This document shows, piece after piece, positions 1-16,747 of a stretch of DNA of 64,000 nucleotides; position 1 is the stretch's first letter; every line of letters begins with the position of its first letter. The DNA is taken from assembly GCF_009914755.1 (NCBI RefSeq), contig NC_060926.1; one strand, 5' to 3'. The translations under genes and the position numbers were made by a program. Origin of the DNA: the human T2T-CHM13v2.0 reference genome, Homo sapiens. The notes under the pieces were generated by a model, which did not search any database, was not told the DNA's origin, and was given only the letters and a program-made list of their open reading frames with translations.

Positions 1-340
1 GGGTTATATTTTTAAAAATAGTATGAGGTAGGGATCCAACCTAATTTTTCTCTATATAGGTAGCTAATTTTCTCAGTGCCATTTGTTAGTCTATCTTTTC
101 CCCCACTGAAGTCCGATGCCAACTTTGTCATACAGTAAATTCCCATATATTTATGGGCATTTCTGGGCTCTCTATTTTCACTATGAATCTATTTGTTTGG
201 TTCTACACAACCCAGTTTTAATTACTGCACCTTTGTATTATATTCTAATTTCTGATACAGAAAATCACCCCCTTTGTTCCTTTTACAAAATAGTCCTAGG
301 TTCACAAACATTTTTCTTTCCTCAAGAAATTTAGTTTGTT
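1..340 (-). mobile_element. Old L1M fragment (antisense ORF2 region)
   Basis: gtatgaggtagggatccaac...ttttctcagtgccatttgtt resembles antisense L1M. Confidence 0.6.
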
Positions 341-421
341 TCCCTCCAAAGTGTTGCTGTACCATACATACATTGCATTGCTATATGTTTTTATTTTTCT
401 TAATTATTATTATTATTATTA

Positions 422-727
422 TTTTTGAGACAAGGTCTTGCTCTGTCACCTCGGCTGGAATGCAGTGGTGCAACCATGGCTTGTTATAGCCTCAACCTCC
501 CAGGCTCAAGCGATCCTCTCACCTCAGCCTCCCAAGTAGCTGGGAACATAGGTGCACACCACCATGCCCAACTAATTTTTTTGTTTTGTTTTTGTTTTTG
601 TTTTTTTTTATAGAGATGGGGTCTCACTATGTTGCCAGGGCTGGCTTTGAACTCCTGGGCTCAAAGCGATCCTCCTGCCTTGGCCTCCCAAGGTGCTGGG
701 ATTACAGGCATGAGCCACTACACCCTT
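422..727 (-). mobile_element. Alu (AluJ-like)
   Basis: Antisense Alu dimer. Confidence 0.9.
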
Positions 728-935
728 CCTAATTTTTAAAAATCTTGAATATTCTCCACACACATACTACTTTTTGCCTCATGATATCTACTTGTTGAAG
801 AGGGTGGGCCAATTGGTTTGTAGACTGTCTCCCCTCCTGGGTTTGTCTGATGGCATTCTCACATTTAGCTTTTATCCCTTATATTTCCTTTAAACTAGAA
901 GTTAGATTTAAAAGCTCAATTTTGATCTAATTCGA

Positions 936-1286
936 ACTGTGCGTGGTGGTTCACACCTGTCATCCCATTACTTTGGGATATGAGAGAGAAAGGAAGAACG
1001 AAGAAAGATATTTGGGAGGCTGAGGTAGGTGGATCACTTGAGCCCAGGAGTTCAAGACCAGCGTGGGCAACATGGCAAGACCCTGTCTCTACAAAAAAAA
1101 AAAAAGAAAAACAAAATTAGCCAGGCATGATAGCAGGCACCTGTAGTCCTAGCTACTGTGGAGGTTGAGGTGGGAGGATCAATTGAGTTTGCAAGGTCAA
1201 GGTGCTGGCCATGATCGCACTACTGAACTCTAGCCTGAGCGACACAGCAAGACCCTATCTCAAGAAAAGAAAAGAAAAGAAAAGAA
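936..1286 (+). mobile_element. Alu (AluJ-like) with internal 32-nt insertion and (GAAAA)n tail
   Basis: Alu consensus interrupted at TTTGGGA. Confidence 0.88.
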
Positions 1287-1750
1287 GCTTGATTCACTTT
1301 AGGCTGAACTTTTTTGGCAAGAAAATCTCATAAGTGATGTTGTGTCCTTCATATTGTATCATATTAGTAGCACATCTCTGGCTATTGAGCAATGCTAAGC
1401 TTGATTATTGGGTTACAATTGTGATAACCTGATCTCTCCATCATAATTAGCCCCTTGTGACTAATAGGTAATATCTGAGGGTGATACTTGGGCACTATGT
1501 GACTATTAATTTCTTTATCAGCCTTTTATCTGATGGTGTTAATACTCATCGATGATCCTCATCTAAGTTATTTAATTAAGAGTTGCAGCATTGTTTTTGT
1601 AATTCTGCCATTCTTTCTGCATTTATTGGCTAAAGCTCTTCTGTAAAGGGGAGCTTTCTCTCAATAACTAGGGGTTTTGGTTACCCTAAATGTTAGAAAA
1701 GCAGGAGACATGTTTACTTTTTTGCTTTAATTACTCATAGTCACCTCTAG

Positions 1751-2396
<646 letters not shown>

Positions 2397-2424
2397 TGCA
2401 TGTATTTTAAAAATAGATTAGCTA

Positions 2425-2797
<373 letters not shown>

Positions 2798-2987
2798 CTA
2801 TCCATGTTCATTGGTCATCATGGTTATGGTTTTAAAATAAATTGGTCAGTTTTTGCTTTTGCTATTTTGTAGAATAATTTATAAAAGATGCCTGTTTCTT
2901 AAAAGCTCATTAGATTTCCATTTTAAAACTGCCTTGATTATGACTTTTTTCTACAGAGAGTAGAGAGCAGGGGTTATTCATCATTTG

Positions 2988-2990
<3 letters not shown>

Positions 2991-3028
<38 letters not shown>
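2991..3028. repeat. (TG)19 microsatellite
   Basis: Direct reading. Confidence 0.97.
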
Positions 3029-3029
<1 letters not shown>

Positions 3030-3048
3030 CGGCGGGCGGGGGTGCAGT

Positions 3049-3303
3049 TTAGAGACAGGGTCTCAGTCTGTGGCCGAGACTGGAGTGCAGTGGTGTGATC
3101 TCAGCTCACTGTAGCTTCAGTCTCCTGGGCTCAAGTCCTCCTGCCTCAGCCTCCTAAGTAGCTGGGACTACAGGCAGGTATCACTATGCCTGGCTAGTTT
3201 AAAAAATTTTTTTTTGTATAGATGGGGTCTCGCTATGTTACCCAGGCTGGTTTCAAGCTCCTGGCCTCAAGTGATCCTCCCGCCTTGGCCTCCCTAACTG
3301 CTC
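3049..3303 (-). mobile_element. AluJ-like
   Basis: Antisense Alu adjoining the TG repeat. Confidence 0.88.
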
Positions 3304-3370
3304 AAGTTTTTTTAATGGTTATAGTCTCTTCAGATTTTCTATTTCTTCTTATGTCTGTTTTTTTCTCCCC

Positions 3371-3803
3371 AAAACAATAAACATTTATTATCTCTTATAG
3401 TTTCTGCTGGTCAAGAATTTGGTAGCAGCTTAGCTAGGTGGTTCTGGCTCAACTTCTCTCATTGGGTCAAAGTCAAGATTTCAGTTAGAGCTTTAGTGAT
3501 CTGAAGTCTTGACTGAGGCTCGAGGACTTGCTTTCATGGTGGTTCGTTCACATGGCTGGCAAGTTGGTGTTGGTTGCTAGTGGGACAGCTGAGTTCCCAT
3601 CCTCGTGGGCCACTCCACGGATCTACTTGAGTATCCTGGTAGCATGTTAGCTGGGTTCTCCCAGAGTGAGCAATCGAAGAGAAAAAGAGAGTCAGAAGAA
3701 AACTGTCCTTTTTATGACTTAGATTTGGAAGTCACAAAGCATCACCTCTGCCACATTCTGTCCATTGGAAGAGAAACACTAAGTCCAGCCCACATTCACA
3801 GAG
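3371..3803 (-). mobile_element. MLT1-family MaLR solo LTR
   Basis: aaacatttattatctc...cacatggctggcaagttggtg...gaagtcacaaagcatcacctctgccacattctg. Confidence 0.75.
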
Positions 3804-4014
3804 AATTTACCCATAAATCAAAGTCACAAATTTTTGAGGGATTTTCTGAGAGATTTCAACATTTAAAAAAATCGTAGCCTTATAAGTGATGAAAGGCATT
3901 TTAATAGAGTTTTAAGCAGGATAGTGTCTTAGATGGGTCACTAAACCAAACTACTGTAGAGACTAAAGACTGGCTTGTTTAATCGTAACTATAACCAGCT
4001 TTCAATTACCCTAG

Positions 4015-4324
<310 letters not shown>

Positions 4325-4582
4325 AATTATCCTAGTTTTATAGCCTGTCTTAGGTGACTCTGATTTTTGAGAGTTGACTCTGAGAAAAGTTGGTTAAAAT
4401 AAAAAATATGTCTTGATAAACCATTTGTAGCCAATAACAAACTGATTTTATCTTAATGGATTTGAACTCAAAAACAAGCTTTTTGCTGGGGTAAATATTG
4501 TAGTATTAGTATTGTATTTTTATATTCATCTTGAATGGGCATGTTTAGACTATAAACTTTAAAAGAGATCATTCCCCTGCTA

Positions 4583-4864
4583 TTTTTCTTTTTTTTGGAG
4601 ACGGAGTCTTGCTCTCTCTCCCGGGCTGGAGTGCAGTGGCACGATCTCCACCTCCCAGGTTCAAGCAATTCCCCTGCCTCAGCCACCTGAGTAGCTGGGA
4701 TTACAGACATCTGCCAACAAGCCCAGCTAATTTTTGTATTTTTGGTAGAGACGGGGTTTCACCATGTTGGCCGGGCTAGTCTCGAACTCCTGACCTCAAG
4801 TGATCCACCCACCTGGTCCTCCCAAAGTGCTGGGATTATAGGTGTGAGCCACTGTGCCCAGCCC
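4583..4864 (-). mobile_element. AluS with small internal deletion
   Basis: Antisense Alu. Confidence 0.9.
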
Positions 4865-6128
4865 CTTGCTGTTTTTCTTTATGCCAACTTTTTTTTTGTT
4901 TGTTTATGAGTGTAGATACAAGAGAGAAAGGGAGAAGGAAGAAAGATACCATTAAACTTCATACTGTTAGTTTAATGTTATTACTAAATTAAGCCATGGA
5001 GAGATAATTTAGTTAAGTAGCTACTTTTTAAAATAAAAATGTCCCTAGTGAACATGATTGGCTATAGAAAGGTTTTGAAGAACATTTTATATATGATTTA
5101 AACTTTGTTGAGTATTTGGATTAGTTATAAGACAGTGGGGAAGGTAGCATATTTTATCTCCAGTCATTTTATAAATAGATTATTAATAAAAAATTTTTTA
5201 CAGAGTATACTGTCTGGCATAATTTTCAACAAAGGTTTTTCTGAGTGGGGCGGAATAGTATCTTCCTCTTGATTAAATATTAGCTTATCTGTTGTGAACT
5301 ATTTGACTTCAGAGTTTTTAGCTGTCAGTAATTAAGAGTGGAGACTCAATTCTGGTCAAGATAGAACATTGTAGGGAGCAGTAAATAAATATGCTTTGAA
5401 AAACAAGCCAAATGTCATTGCTTTAATTTATTTAGCTTATGATATCTATTTGAAATTTTCAATAATGTGTAGGCATGTGAGATTGTGTTTATCAAAGCAG
5501 CATGAGCTGATTAACAGTTGAATTACCAGTTTCTCCAAATAGCTATGAACAAAGGGTTGGCTGTTCCTTCCCAGAAAAGGTTAACACTGTATTTAGATTT
5601 AAGAATTTAAGTTTCCAAGTTAGATCTACATCTTTTCCTTTCTTTGAGGTTCTTATTTCTAAATGATGTTTCCCTTTCTTGTTGGCAGATTTACCATTAT
5701 AATGGAACCTGTGAAGGGTTAAAGGCTTTCTGAAGATCTCATTACCGTTAGAAAATTAGGCTAAGTGCATTTCATAATCCTTAAAACATATGCCTACAAG
5801 TCCAGTATTTATTTGTAATTTGGCCTGAAAAATACAGGATACGGATGAAGGCCATGGCTTTCAAACCTTTTTTGACAGTAAACCACAGTAAAAAATCTAT
5901 TTTGTATCATGACTTAGGATGGATACTTGTTTTTCTTTTCAATATAGAATGTACTCCTTATTTATTAAATATTTTTAAAGCATAGAAGTATAAAAACACT
6001 GGGTTTATTTTAAAAAATCAATCTATTGTTTTCCTAAAGTGGATTTTTTTTTCCTACTAAAAACAATTGGTTTAAAGAAAAAAGAGATACAGCTAATCAA
6101 ACCTCTCATAACTTTTCTTTGCTGGTAG

Positions 6129-6421
6129 TTTTTTTTTTTTTAAACAGTCTCACTCTGTTGTTCAGGTTGGAGTACAGTGGCACAAACTGCAGCTTCTACC
6201 TCCAGGCTCAAGCAGTACTTTCACCTCAGCCTCCCAAGTAGCTTGGACTACAGGTTCACACTACCATAGCCATCTAATTTTTTTGTTTTTGTAGAAATGG
6301 GGACTCACCCATCTCTACAGGCTGAGTGTGCAGGCTGGTATCAAACTCCTGGCTTTAAGCGATCCTCCTGCCTTGACCTTCCAAGATGCTGGGATTACAG
6401 GCATGAGTCACTGTCCCTGCC
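6129..6421 (-). mobile_element. AluJ-like (diverged)
   Basis: Antisense Alu. Confidence 0.85.
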
Positions 6422-6633
6422 TACTGGTAGATTCTTAATTATTTGGCAACTTGATGACTTTTTGTTAGAGATTCTTGAGAGCAAGGAGAATATATTACTT
6501 ACATTTTTACCTCTGGTGCCATCACAGGCTAGACACCTAAATTTTTGTTCCATTATTACTAGGTCATGTCTTACCGCCTGGTAAGGGCGAATTAAAGCCA
6601 TTCTGCTTTAGGACAACAACTAAATCGTATTGT

Positions 6634-6925
6634 TTAATTTAATTATTTTTTGAGACAGGGCCTCACTCTGTTACCCAGGCTGGAATACAGTGGTGCAACC
6701 ATGGCTCACTGCAGCCTTGACCTCCTGGGCTCAAACAATCCTCCCGCCTCAGCCTCCTGAGTAGCTGGGACTACAGCCATGCGCCACCATGCCCAGCTGA
6801 TTTTTTGTAGAGACAGAGTCTTGTTATGCTGGCCAGGCTTGTCTCAAATTTCTAGGATCAAGGAATCCTTTTGCCTCAGTCCCCCAAAGTGCTGAGATTA
6901 TAGGCATGACACATCACACCCGAGC
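6634..6925 (-). mobile_element. AluJ-like
   Basis: Antisense Alu. Confidence 0.88.
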
Positions 6926-9900
6926 TAAAATGTTATTTTCACTTATTAATTTCTTTTTTTTAATGTAATGCTCTAAATCACATTGACAAGGAGAATAAAG
7001 GAAATGAAACTCTTACGAGAGATTAGTAGAGGATATTTAAACCTCATTATGAAGAGAAAGAGCAAGGGGAAGGAAGAAATTAATATTTCAGAGAGTTAAG
7101 GTTTAAAGTAACATCTTTCAGAAGGTCAAAAAAAAGTAAGGTATGAAAAATAGGTAGTTATTTAAATTTTAATATTCCGGGCTAAGAACACTTGTGTCCA
7201 GAAGGGGGCATTATTGTAACGTGGACTGTGTTTGAGTACTGAGTATCATTGATGACCTTAGAAGAGACTTCACAACTTTGGGTTCCACGCATCCCAAAAG
7301 CTCACTCCTTCCATTTCACAGTCTTCTACCAACACTCCCATTCCCTACATTCACCTTCCTTAGCTTTCTACCTTTTCCAGGTCTTTCTTCCTGATAAAAA
7401 CCCCTTCTTGCCAGAGGCTTTCTTCTACTTGAAAAATAATTCAGCTATGTGCCATCCTTTGCCCTTGAGACTTCTGTGTAGTTCTGAGTGGTTGACCCAG
7501 ACTTAATGCTAATTCTAAATCTAGGTGCATTCCCAGGTCCTTTGTGGTCTAAAAATATTCTAGTTGTTTCTTCACAGGCCAGAAGCCAGCAGTGTTAATT
7601 TTATATCCTTGGAAGGCCAAGGTCTAAGCTGGTAGGAAAGGCTTTCTTGATTGCCTTTTTGTCCTGGATAGTTAAAGAAGTACAGTCTTTCTCACATTAC
7701 CTACATGATCAGTGACTGCCATGGTTTAGCTTTTTTTTTTTTTCTTTTTTTTTTTCTTCTGTGACAGTTGTCAAAGAAGAGAATAGGTATCTGTGCTCTA
7801 AACTTCTAAGAAGCTGAAATTCATTAACATATTCACCTATGTTTATATTAATTCCTTTACTTTATACCATTTAAAACCTGTTTTAGGCTGTTTATGTGCA
7901 GAACTGTGGAGTAAAGGTAATCTGATTGAATCACTGTTCTTACTAAGCAGATCATATCTCAGATACTTGGCAAAAATTAATTAGTAATGGTTTATGTTAT
8001 TTTCAAGGCTGATTAGACTTACAAACTGTCTTTAAAAATGAATTCCAGAAGTGAGTCTTTTCTTACATTTGAGAACCTGTGAGTTGATTAGTGTTTCTGT
8101 TTTGTTTTGGCCTCCTGAATGCATGCATTCATTTGTTCTCAGGGGTTTATTGAAGTCTGGGAATATAGTGGTATTTGCCTTCTTGCATAATTCTAGTATT
8201 CTTTGATTTTTCTAGATTAATTGGATTAAAATGTAGCAGTTACCAAATAACACTATCATTCCCCTTTTTAAAAATTAATATTCCTCCTTTTGTAATGATA
8301 GTAATTTTTTTCTAGGATTGTCCCTTCTGTGGTATACATTATTTATTATTGCAAAATGTAGCTGTGGCTCAGATAATAGCTAAGAGTCCTTTATAGAGTC
8401 TTTTCCATCATTTGGCTTGAACCTATATTTGGGAGAAAGAAGATAGTTCTGGGATGGAGATATTTATATAATTACAAATGTGAAGTCACTGTGATTTATT
8501 TTGGCTTTGGCTAAGAAACTGTGATAATATGGTAGCATCACCCTTTTATTTTTTATTTCTGAAACTTTTATTTCAGAACTGGCTGTTAATGTATCTGTTT
8601 ATCTGTGTAATTAGTATTTAGCCTGTTTCTGTAAAGAATTTTGATTAACATTTTTTAAAAATGTAGTCTTTAACCAAGTAAAATACTGTTGAACTTGTTC
8701 AGTGGAGTCATTGATACTTGAAATCATCAGAAAGGGGGAAAAGCATGTTAAACTGAAAAAGAATTCTGTAGTTCATCACAAATAGATTGATGGGAATTTT
8801 ACTAATTTTCCTCCAACCTCTGATATGTACACTTGGAAAAATTGTTTTTCTGAGTATGAAATTAGGTATGTAATTTAAAGCATACAAAATTTCTTCTTTA
8901 AAAATCTTGAAAACATTGTGGTGCCTCACTATAATTTAATAAACATTTATTTGTGTTTACAGCACAGTAGGCAAACAACTGTTAAGTATTACTCTAGTCC
9001 TATATCAGTTGGGACTTAGACTAGGGGAAGCCTCACAGTGAAAGATGGACAAAAAATGAAGAAATGTAACCTAAGATAAATTAAGGGACATTAATATTCT
9101 TCTACTTTAGATGAAAATCATTTTTAGGTACTTTGAATTATACATACAGCACCTAGCACAGTGCCACCTACATGTAAACTATAGGAAGCTATCTGGTCTT
9201 ATAGTTGTTTCTGACACATTTAATCACAATATTAGAAACATTGATGAAGTTTTTATAGTCCTTTGAAATTTAAGCAGTTAGCCACTGTATCTTAGGAAAG
9301 AAATATTCTAGTTGTGATTTTTTTTTCTTATAATCTTATTGGTGTCAATTAGAATTTACCATTGAAAAAATAAGGATGATCAGTTTTATACTTATGTTTA
9401 AGATGTGAGCCATCATAATATATTATACATTTTGATAGATTACCAAGCCCACTGTTTTTACTGCAGCGTGTATAAACATTTAGACATAATTTTAAGGTTC
9501 AATGAATGTGACTATCCTAAAAAACACAGACTTTTAATTAAATACTTATTTCTTTAGTTCCTATATAACTAGGAACTTGCCTTCTTTTCAGTAGACTGTT
9601 AAAAGAAGGGCTTTCAGCTCAACATAAACTGTATTAGTCACTTAATATCATACACTGAAAAATTATTTTGAAAAGATACTTGGGATTGGGGACATTTATG
9701 ATAAAATTTAACCAGAAGATGGCAGTGATGATCCTCCTATACTCCCTGCAACGGTAATCAAAAAGTTTTACAAATGTCATAGCATGAAATGTGCACGTTC
9801 AGCTGTTGTTATATAATGTTAAAAGTTGAGGATCTAGGGGAAAGCACTTGCTGTTTATTTTATATACTATGAAAAATGTGTATTTTTCTATAAGAAGGGA

Positions 9901-9944
9901 TTAAGAATATTTTGGGTGTCTGTATCTTTGTCTGTACACTTCAG

Positions 9945-9962
9945 TTTTTTCTGAATACTGGG
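9945..9962 (+). CDS. DYNC1I2: 18-nt alternative microexon, (V)FSEYW(V), of the neuronal IC-2A-type isoform
   Basis: cttcag|TTTTTTCTGAATACTGGG|gtaagg; phase 1-1; matches the 6-aa IC2A insert. Confidence 0.93.
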
Positions 9963-10629
9963 GTAAGGAAGTTCCCATAAGTCTTGCCTTGTTTATTTGC
10001 ATGCATCACTTTATGTTATGCATAATGTCTAGAAGGCATGCTGTTTTATTGCCTGTTTGCATTTTTCACCCAAATTGCTGGAAACTAATGAACATTTTAA
10101 AGGAGCCATTCCTTTAGCTGCAGTCATTTCTCTAAATTGATATCTTTTTTTGGGGGGGAGGCAGTGAAATCATTTTAAACATTACTTTTTGAAAGAAAAA
10201 ATTATTAGACAAAAGTTAATATTTTAAAATAAATCTTGAGAAACTAGAGATTAAATAACTTAATGAAACATATTTCAGAGTTGAATTTTGGCAGCAATTG
10301 TAAATAATATTTATAATCTGGTGATATTAAAAGTGAAAAGTTACAAGGGGGAGAAGGAATGCTCTCCTTTGAAAATTAGTGGCCACATTTGGTGATGGAT
10401 GAGATGAAGATGCATCCTTCCATAATCTTGCCTTTTTAAAAAAATTATAAAGCTCAAATGCATTTTGCCAGAAAAATTGCATGAATCTTCAGCATGCATT
10501 GTTAACTTTTTGTCTTTTCCCCTTTCTTTCTGCTGTTCATTTTCATTCATATATTTTTGATTTTTGGTTTGCCATTGTTTTTTTCTTTTTTGTTAATTAC
10601 TTCATTAAATTATTTTTGAAACGTCATAA

Positions 10630-10854
<225 letters not shown>

Positions 10855-11459
10855 TAAATAGTTGTGTCGAGTTAGTCCTAACATTTTAAAATCTAAAATG
10901 GCATAGAAATTCTCTGTTGGACACTGGGAGAAAAAAAAGGTTTCTTTGTTTTTTTTTAATAATATTTTAACTGTCACATTTCATTAACTTAGTACTAAAT
11001 AGTCAACCGGTTTTATGCTAATTATTTTATATTAAAAATAGAGATATTAATGCTTTTAGATTTTTCTGTTTAAACTTTTTGTTGGTTATTACGTGAATGT
11101 TTTGGGTGTAAATAGTGTAAAACCTCTCTCTTGTGCTTGATTCCCCATTCAGTAATTGAAAATGTAAACAATTCTGTTAAACAGTTCAATTCTGTTCTAT
11201 TAAGTCATTAGTTCTGCTAATTAAGATAGAGAATAATAATGCATAAAATGTCAAGAGTAAGGAATAACTGCTAAGGACAACATTGAGAATGTTTACTGTC
11301 AAGCATTCCTGAACTTGCATCTTCCCTGTAAAATTACATTTCGTGTTTGTTTTAGGATCCTGCATACATGTTGGGACTTGCTTTTCAAAAGTTCAGTAAG
11401 ATTTCAGCTTTCTTTCAAAGATCATATTGGGAAAAGTATTACTACTTATTCCTCTTTGT

Positions 11460-11461
<2 letters not shown>

Positions 11462-11495
<34 letters not shown>
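11462..11495. repeat. (CA)17 microsatellite
   Basis: Direct reading. Confidence 0.97.
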
Positions 11496-11499
<4 letters not shown>

Positions 11500-12016
11500 A
11501 GTGAGTATTAAATGTACTTTTTGACTTCTGAAATGAAATTAAACATAGGTAGTCAAAATCCACAGCTGATTAAGAATGCTTATTTTGGGCCAGGAAGTTG
11601 CATGTCCTCACCAAGAAAATCTCTTAACACACCTTTTAATAAGACATAAGCTGTTAGAAGTTTTAAGCTTTTTATGCCTGAGTCCCTCTAGTTGAAGTTA
11701 CAAACCAGTAATAAATATCTAAAAGACAGGGCAAGAAAAAAAAAGCAAGGTGGCTGGATGATCTGTAAACTCAATACTTCAATCAGCTCTTGAATAATCA
11801 GGTTATCATTAACAATTAAAAGGCACATAAAGCTTGCCAGCTTGAATTTGAGAAGTGCTTTCCAAATAGAACCAAAATCACAAATCTAAGCTATACTATC
11901 TTTGGAGGAAAATGACATAACTCTTTCATTTAAGGAAAATCAAAATTTTCTTTTTAGAAATAATGTTATTACCTTATAAAATAGTATGCATTACAGAATA
12001 AAGACAATTTGTCTAG

Positions 12017-12404
<388 letters not shown>

Positions 12405-13121
12405 TAGACAATTAATAATCAACTGGCATTTTTAAGTGAAAGCGTTTTTTTTTCCCTTCTACAACATTACCATAGTAAAAATGTTTCCCAAGATTAAAAA
12501 TTACTATATTTATTAAATGTCTTTATTTGATATTATACATTATTTTTATGTAGATACTATACTGTGTACATTATGACTCATCGTTCCTGATTTTGAATAG
12601 TAGATTATTTTAATTCAGTGTCAGCAAGTTTGCTTTCAAAAGTACTTTGACACTTAAGTTTTTTAAATTAATGTGAATTAAAACATGTCCCCATGAGTTT
12701 TATGGACAACCCAGAGATTATTAGAGACCTTTTAGAATATTGTAAATTAATACAGGGAGTAATAATGGTAAGAAAAATATTTATTCATGTATAGAACAAA
12801 TATTAAGTTACCAACTTTATTAAAATACTATGGTTTACCACAGAAGATAAAACATTCATGGTCCTTGCTTTCATAGAATTTACATTGTAGTGATTACATC
12901 ATTAATTTAAAGATACTGTTGACTTTATTGGAAAGCCCTAAGGGTAGTGTGCTATGTTTAGTGTGAAGCATAGTTTTTTTAATGATAAATTGTAAAACAC
13001 AAAAACAAATAGTTAATATTTTTTAAAGTATTTGTTCTTGTTAGATAATGAATACAAAATTGGTTTCTTGTGAGTTTAACGGAGAGAAAAATCCTCTTTT
13101 TGAGTGAGGTGACCTTACATC

Positions 13122-13418
<297 letters not shown>

Positions 13419-13517
13419 ACATCTTTTTAACCTTAATATGTACGTTGTCTCCTTTGAGAGCACAGACTCACTTGGAAACATTAATTTTCAAGAGGGCTGA
13501 GTATATTCATTTTTATG

Positions 13518-13563
<46 letters not shown>
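13518..13563. repeat. (TA)n(CA)n microsatellite
   Basis: Direct reading. Confidence 0.95.
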
Positions 13564-13568
<5 letters not shown>

Positions 13569-13974
13569 ATAGAAAATGATGAATTCTACTAAATCATATC
13601 CAGCTTTCATAGAGGTAATTAATATTGTGATGGTGATATTGGCAGTGAAATAATGCATTTCTAAATATGTGACATTTAAAAAGAGTGCCCAGGTCTCAGA
13701 ATGAAACCTAATGAACTCATATTGAGCAAACACGATGTTAATGTAAGAATAAAGACAATTAGAAGAAATATAATAGGAAAATACATGAAGACATGTGAGA
13801 TGTGTGCATGCACCTGTACGTGCAACTTCAGTTGGCTAAGATGGTCTAAGATTAATACACTCAGGGAGTAGGAATAGATAAGACATTATAAAATATGCTG
13901 TCTAAACATGTTTGAATCACTCTAAGTGCCAAGAATTTCTTTTGGGACTGGTGGTAATTTATGAATAAATATAA

Positions 13975-14698
<724 letters not shown>

Positions 14699-16134
14699 CC
14701 ATTTTTCCATTTTTGATCAGTTTACTTCTCAAGCTTTGTACTTGGAATTGTACTCTATGTGCCTGAAGATGCCCCTAATAAATGTAATAATGTACAGGTA
14801 TGTCCAGTGCATTTTCAGTACTGGCTGTATTTTGAGGTACAGTGTTACTTGATTTTAGACTAAAATGACATCCTCAACAAGGAATTTTATGTCATTGATA
14901 ACAGAGCTCTTACATAATGTAAATGACAGAACATTCCTTGGAGACCATCTCATAGAACTTTTGATTTAACAAAGCCTAAGCTTGTTGCTATTCATTGCTT
15001 AGTACAAAGTAGATCTTCACTGTGGCTGCTTCTTACATTGCATACACATAACCTTGTTTAAATTCCAAGATCTTTCTTTATATTTTTTAAATGAAGGATT
15101 TCTCTAGATTAATTCATTACTATTTTTCTTGATAAATTATATAGGCAGGTAGAGAAACCATTTGTTGTATTAAAACATTGTAGCAACTAAAACTAGTTAT
15201 AAATTATAATGTCTTACATAAGTGAAAAATATATTTGACAAAAATGGTAATACTAAATGTATTGTGCTTAACTTTATTTAGTGGGGACTATGAGCATTAT
15301 ACAGTACCATACATAATTATCTTATATATTGCTAACCTATATAAATGCCAGTATGATAAAGCACCTTTTGTTCTATTAGTAACTAAGTTTGGCTTAAGTG
15401 GAAAAGATCCTCTGTAAGTTACTTAGCCAGCAGGCGATGCTAAAACTTATAACTCAATATTTAGGATTGACATTTGAACATAAAATATTTTTCCAGGGAA
15501 AAATCTATTTTTTTCCTAGAGACAGAAATCTTTAGTTGTTTTCTTTAAGCAGATGATACGTAAGCCCAAGGCGGTGCTTAACCCATAAATTACAGAAGGG
15601 TCACATTTTGGAAACTTTAGCTATTTTGTATCCCAGTGGGATAGTCTTTGGTTTTATTACCAAAAGGCTTATGTGTTGACTCATTTCCTTTACCAGTATG
15701 ACAATTTCCTGCACACATGTAATGCTTTGGGGAAGATTAGAATATGTTAACCAAGATGTTTTAATGTGTTTGTTTTCATTAGGAATCTTAAAATTTCAAC
15801 CATTTTATAGCCTAGCTTGTTATCCATAAATAATTAACTTGGGTTGTCTGACTTTAGTTGTTCTAAAGCAGATCTATTATTATACAATATTAGTTTCCCA
15901 TAATCTGCAAATAATGTCTTTTAACTATTCTGGGTTGTATGCTTGCATCTTTAACCATAGGAAGCCTATTGCATGCACTAGATGATTGAGTGACCTGGTG
16001 GATTTCTTGTTTTGTTTTCGATTTTTTTTTTTTAATACTAACCAGAACATGTGTTTTTTAATTGTGAATAGTACTTTAGCTTTAGCTATTCATAGAATGT
16101 ATTTGCTTGACTAACTTATGGCCTTTTTTGCTAA

Positions 16135-16227
<93 letters not shown>

Positions 16228-16747
16228 TGAATAGATTTTTTACCTTCCCTGTTTTATAATGAATTTGATTCTTTGTGAAACTGTCCTAATTTTATTTTGC
16301 TTAAGTTTATAATATTGTATCACGTAGTAAGGACAAGAGTTATATTTTACTGTGACACCTCATTTATCCAGTATCTTTAGTGAAAGAATATTCTGTGTGA
16401 TGTTCTATGTACCCTGAGTCCATTTAAGTGTCCAAATGTTTAAAATTATTTCTATGTTTTTAATACAAGTTTTGTAGGATGTATTAAAAAACTTCTCAGA
16501 CTTCTTCTAATATTCTACATGTAATTGAACCTTTTCAGGGTTACTTGATATGAATATTAATTTATTTTTCTGTATTAAAATTCACTGATGATTTCTAAGA
16601 TTTTGAGAATAATGGAGATGCTGGTCCTTACACTGTTCATTCATTCATTACTATTTATTCATGAATCTAGAATAAAACTATTCATGAATCTAGAATAAAT
16701 AAATGAGTGAGTGAATGGATTAATAGATTATTCATAGAATGTATGGA

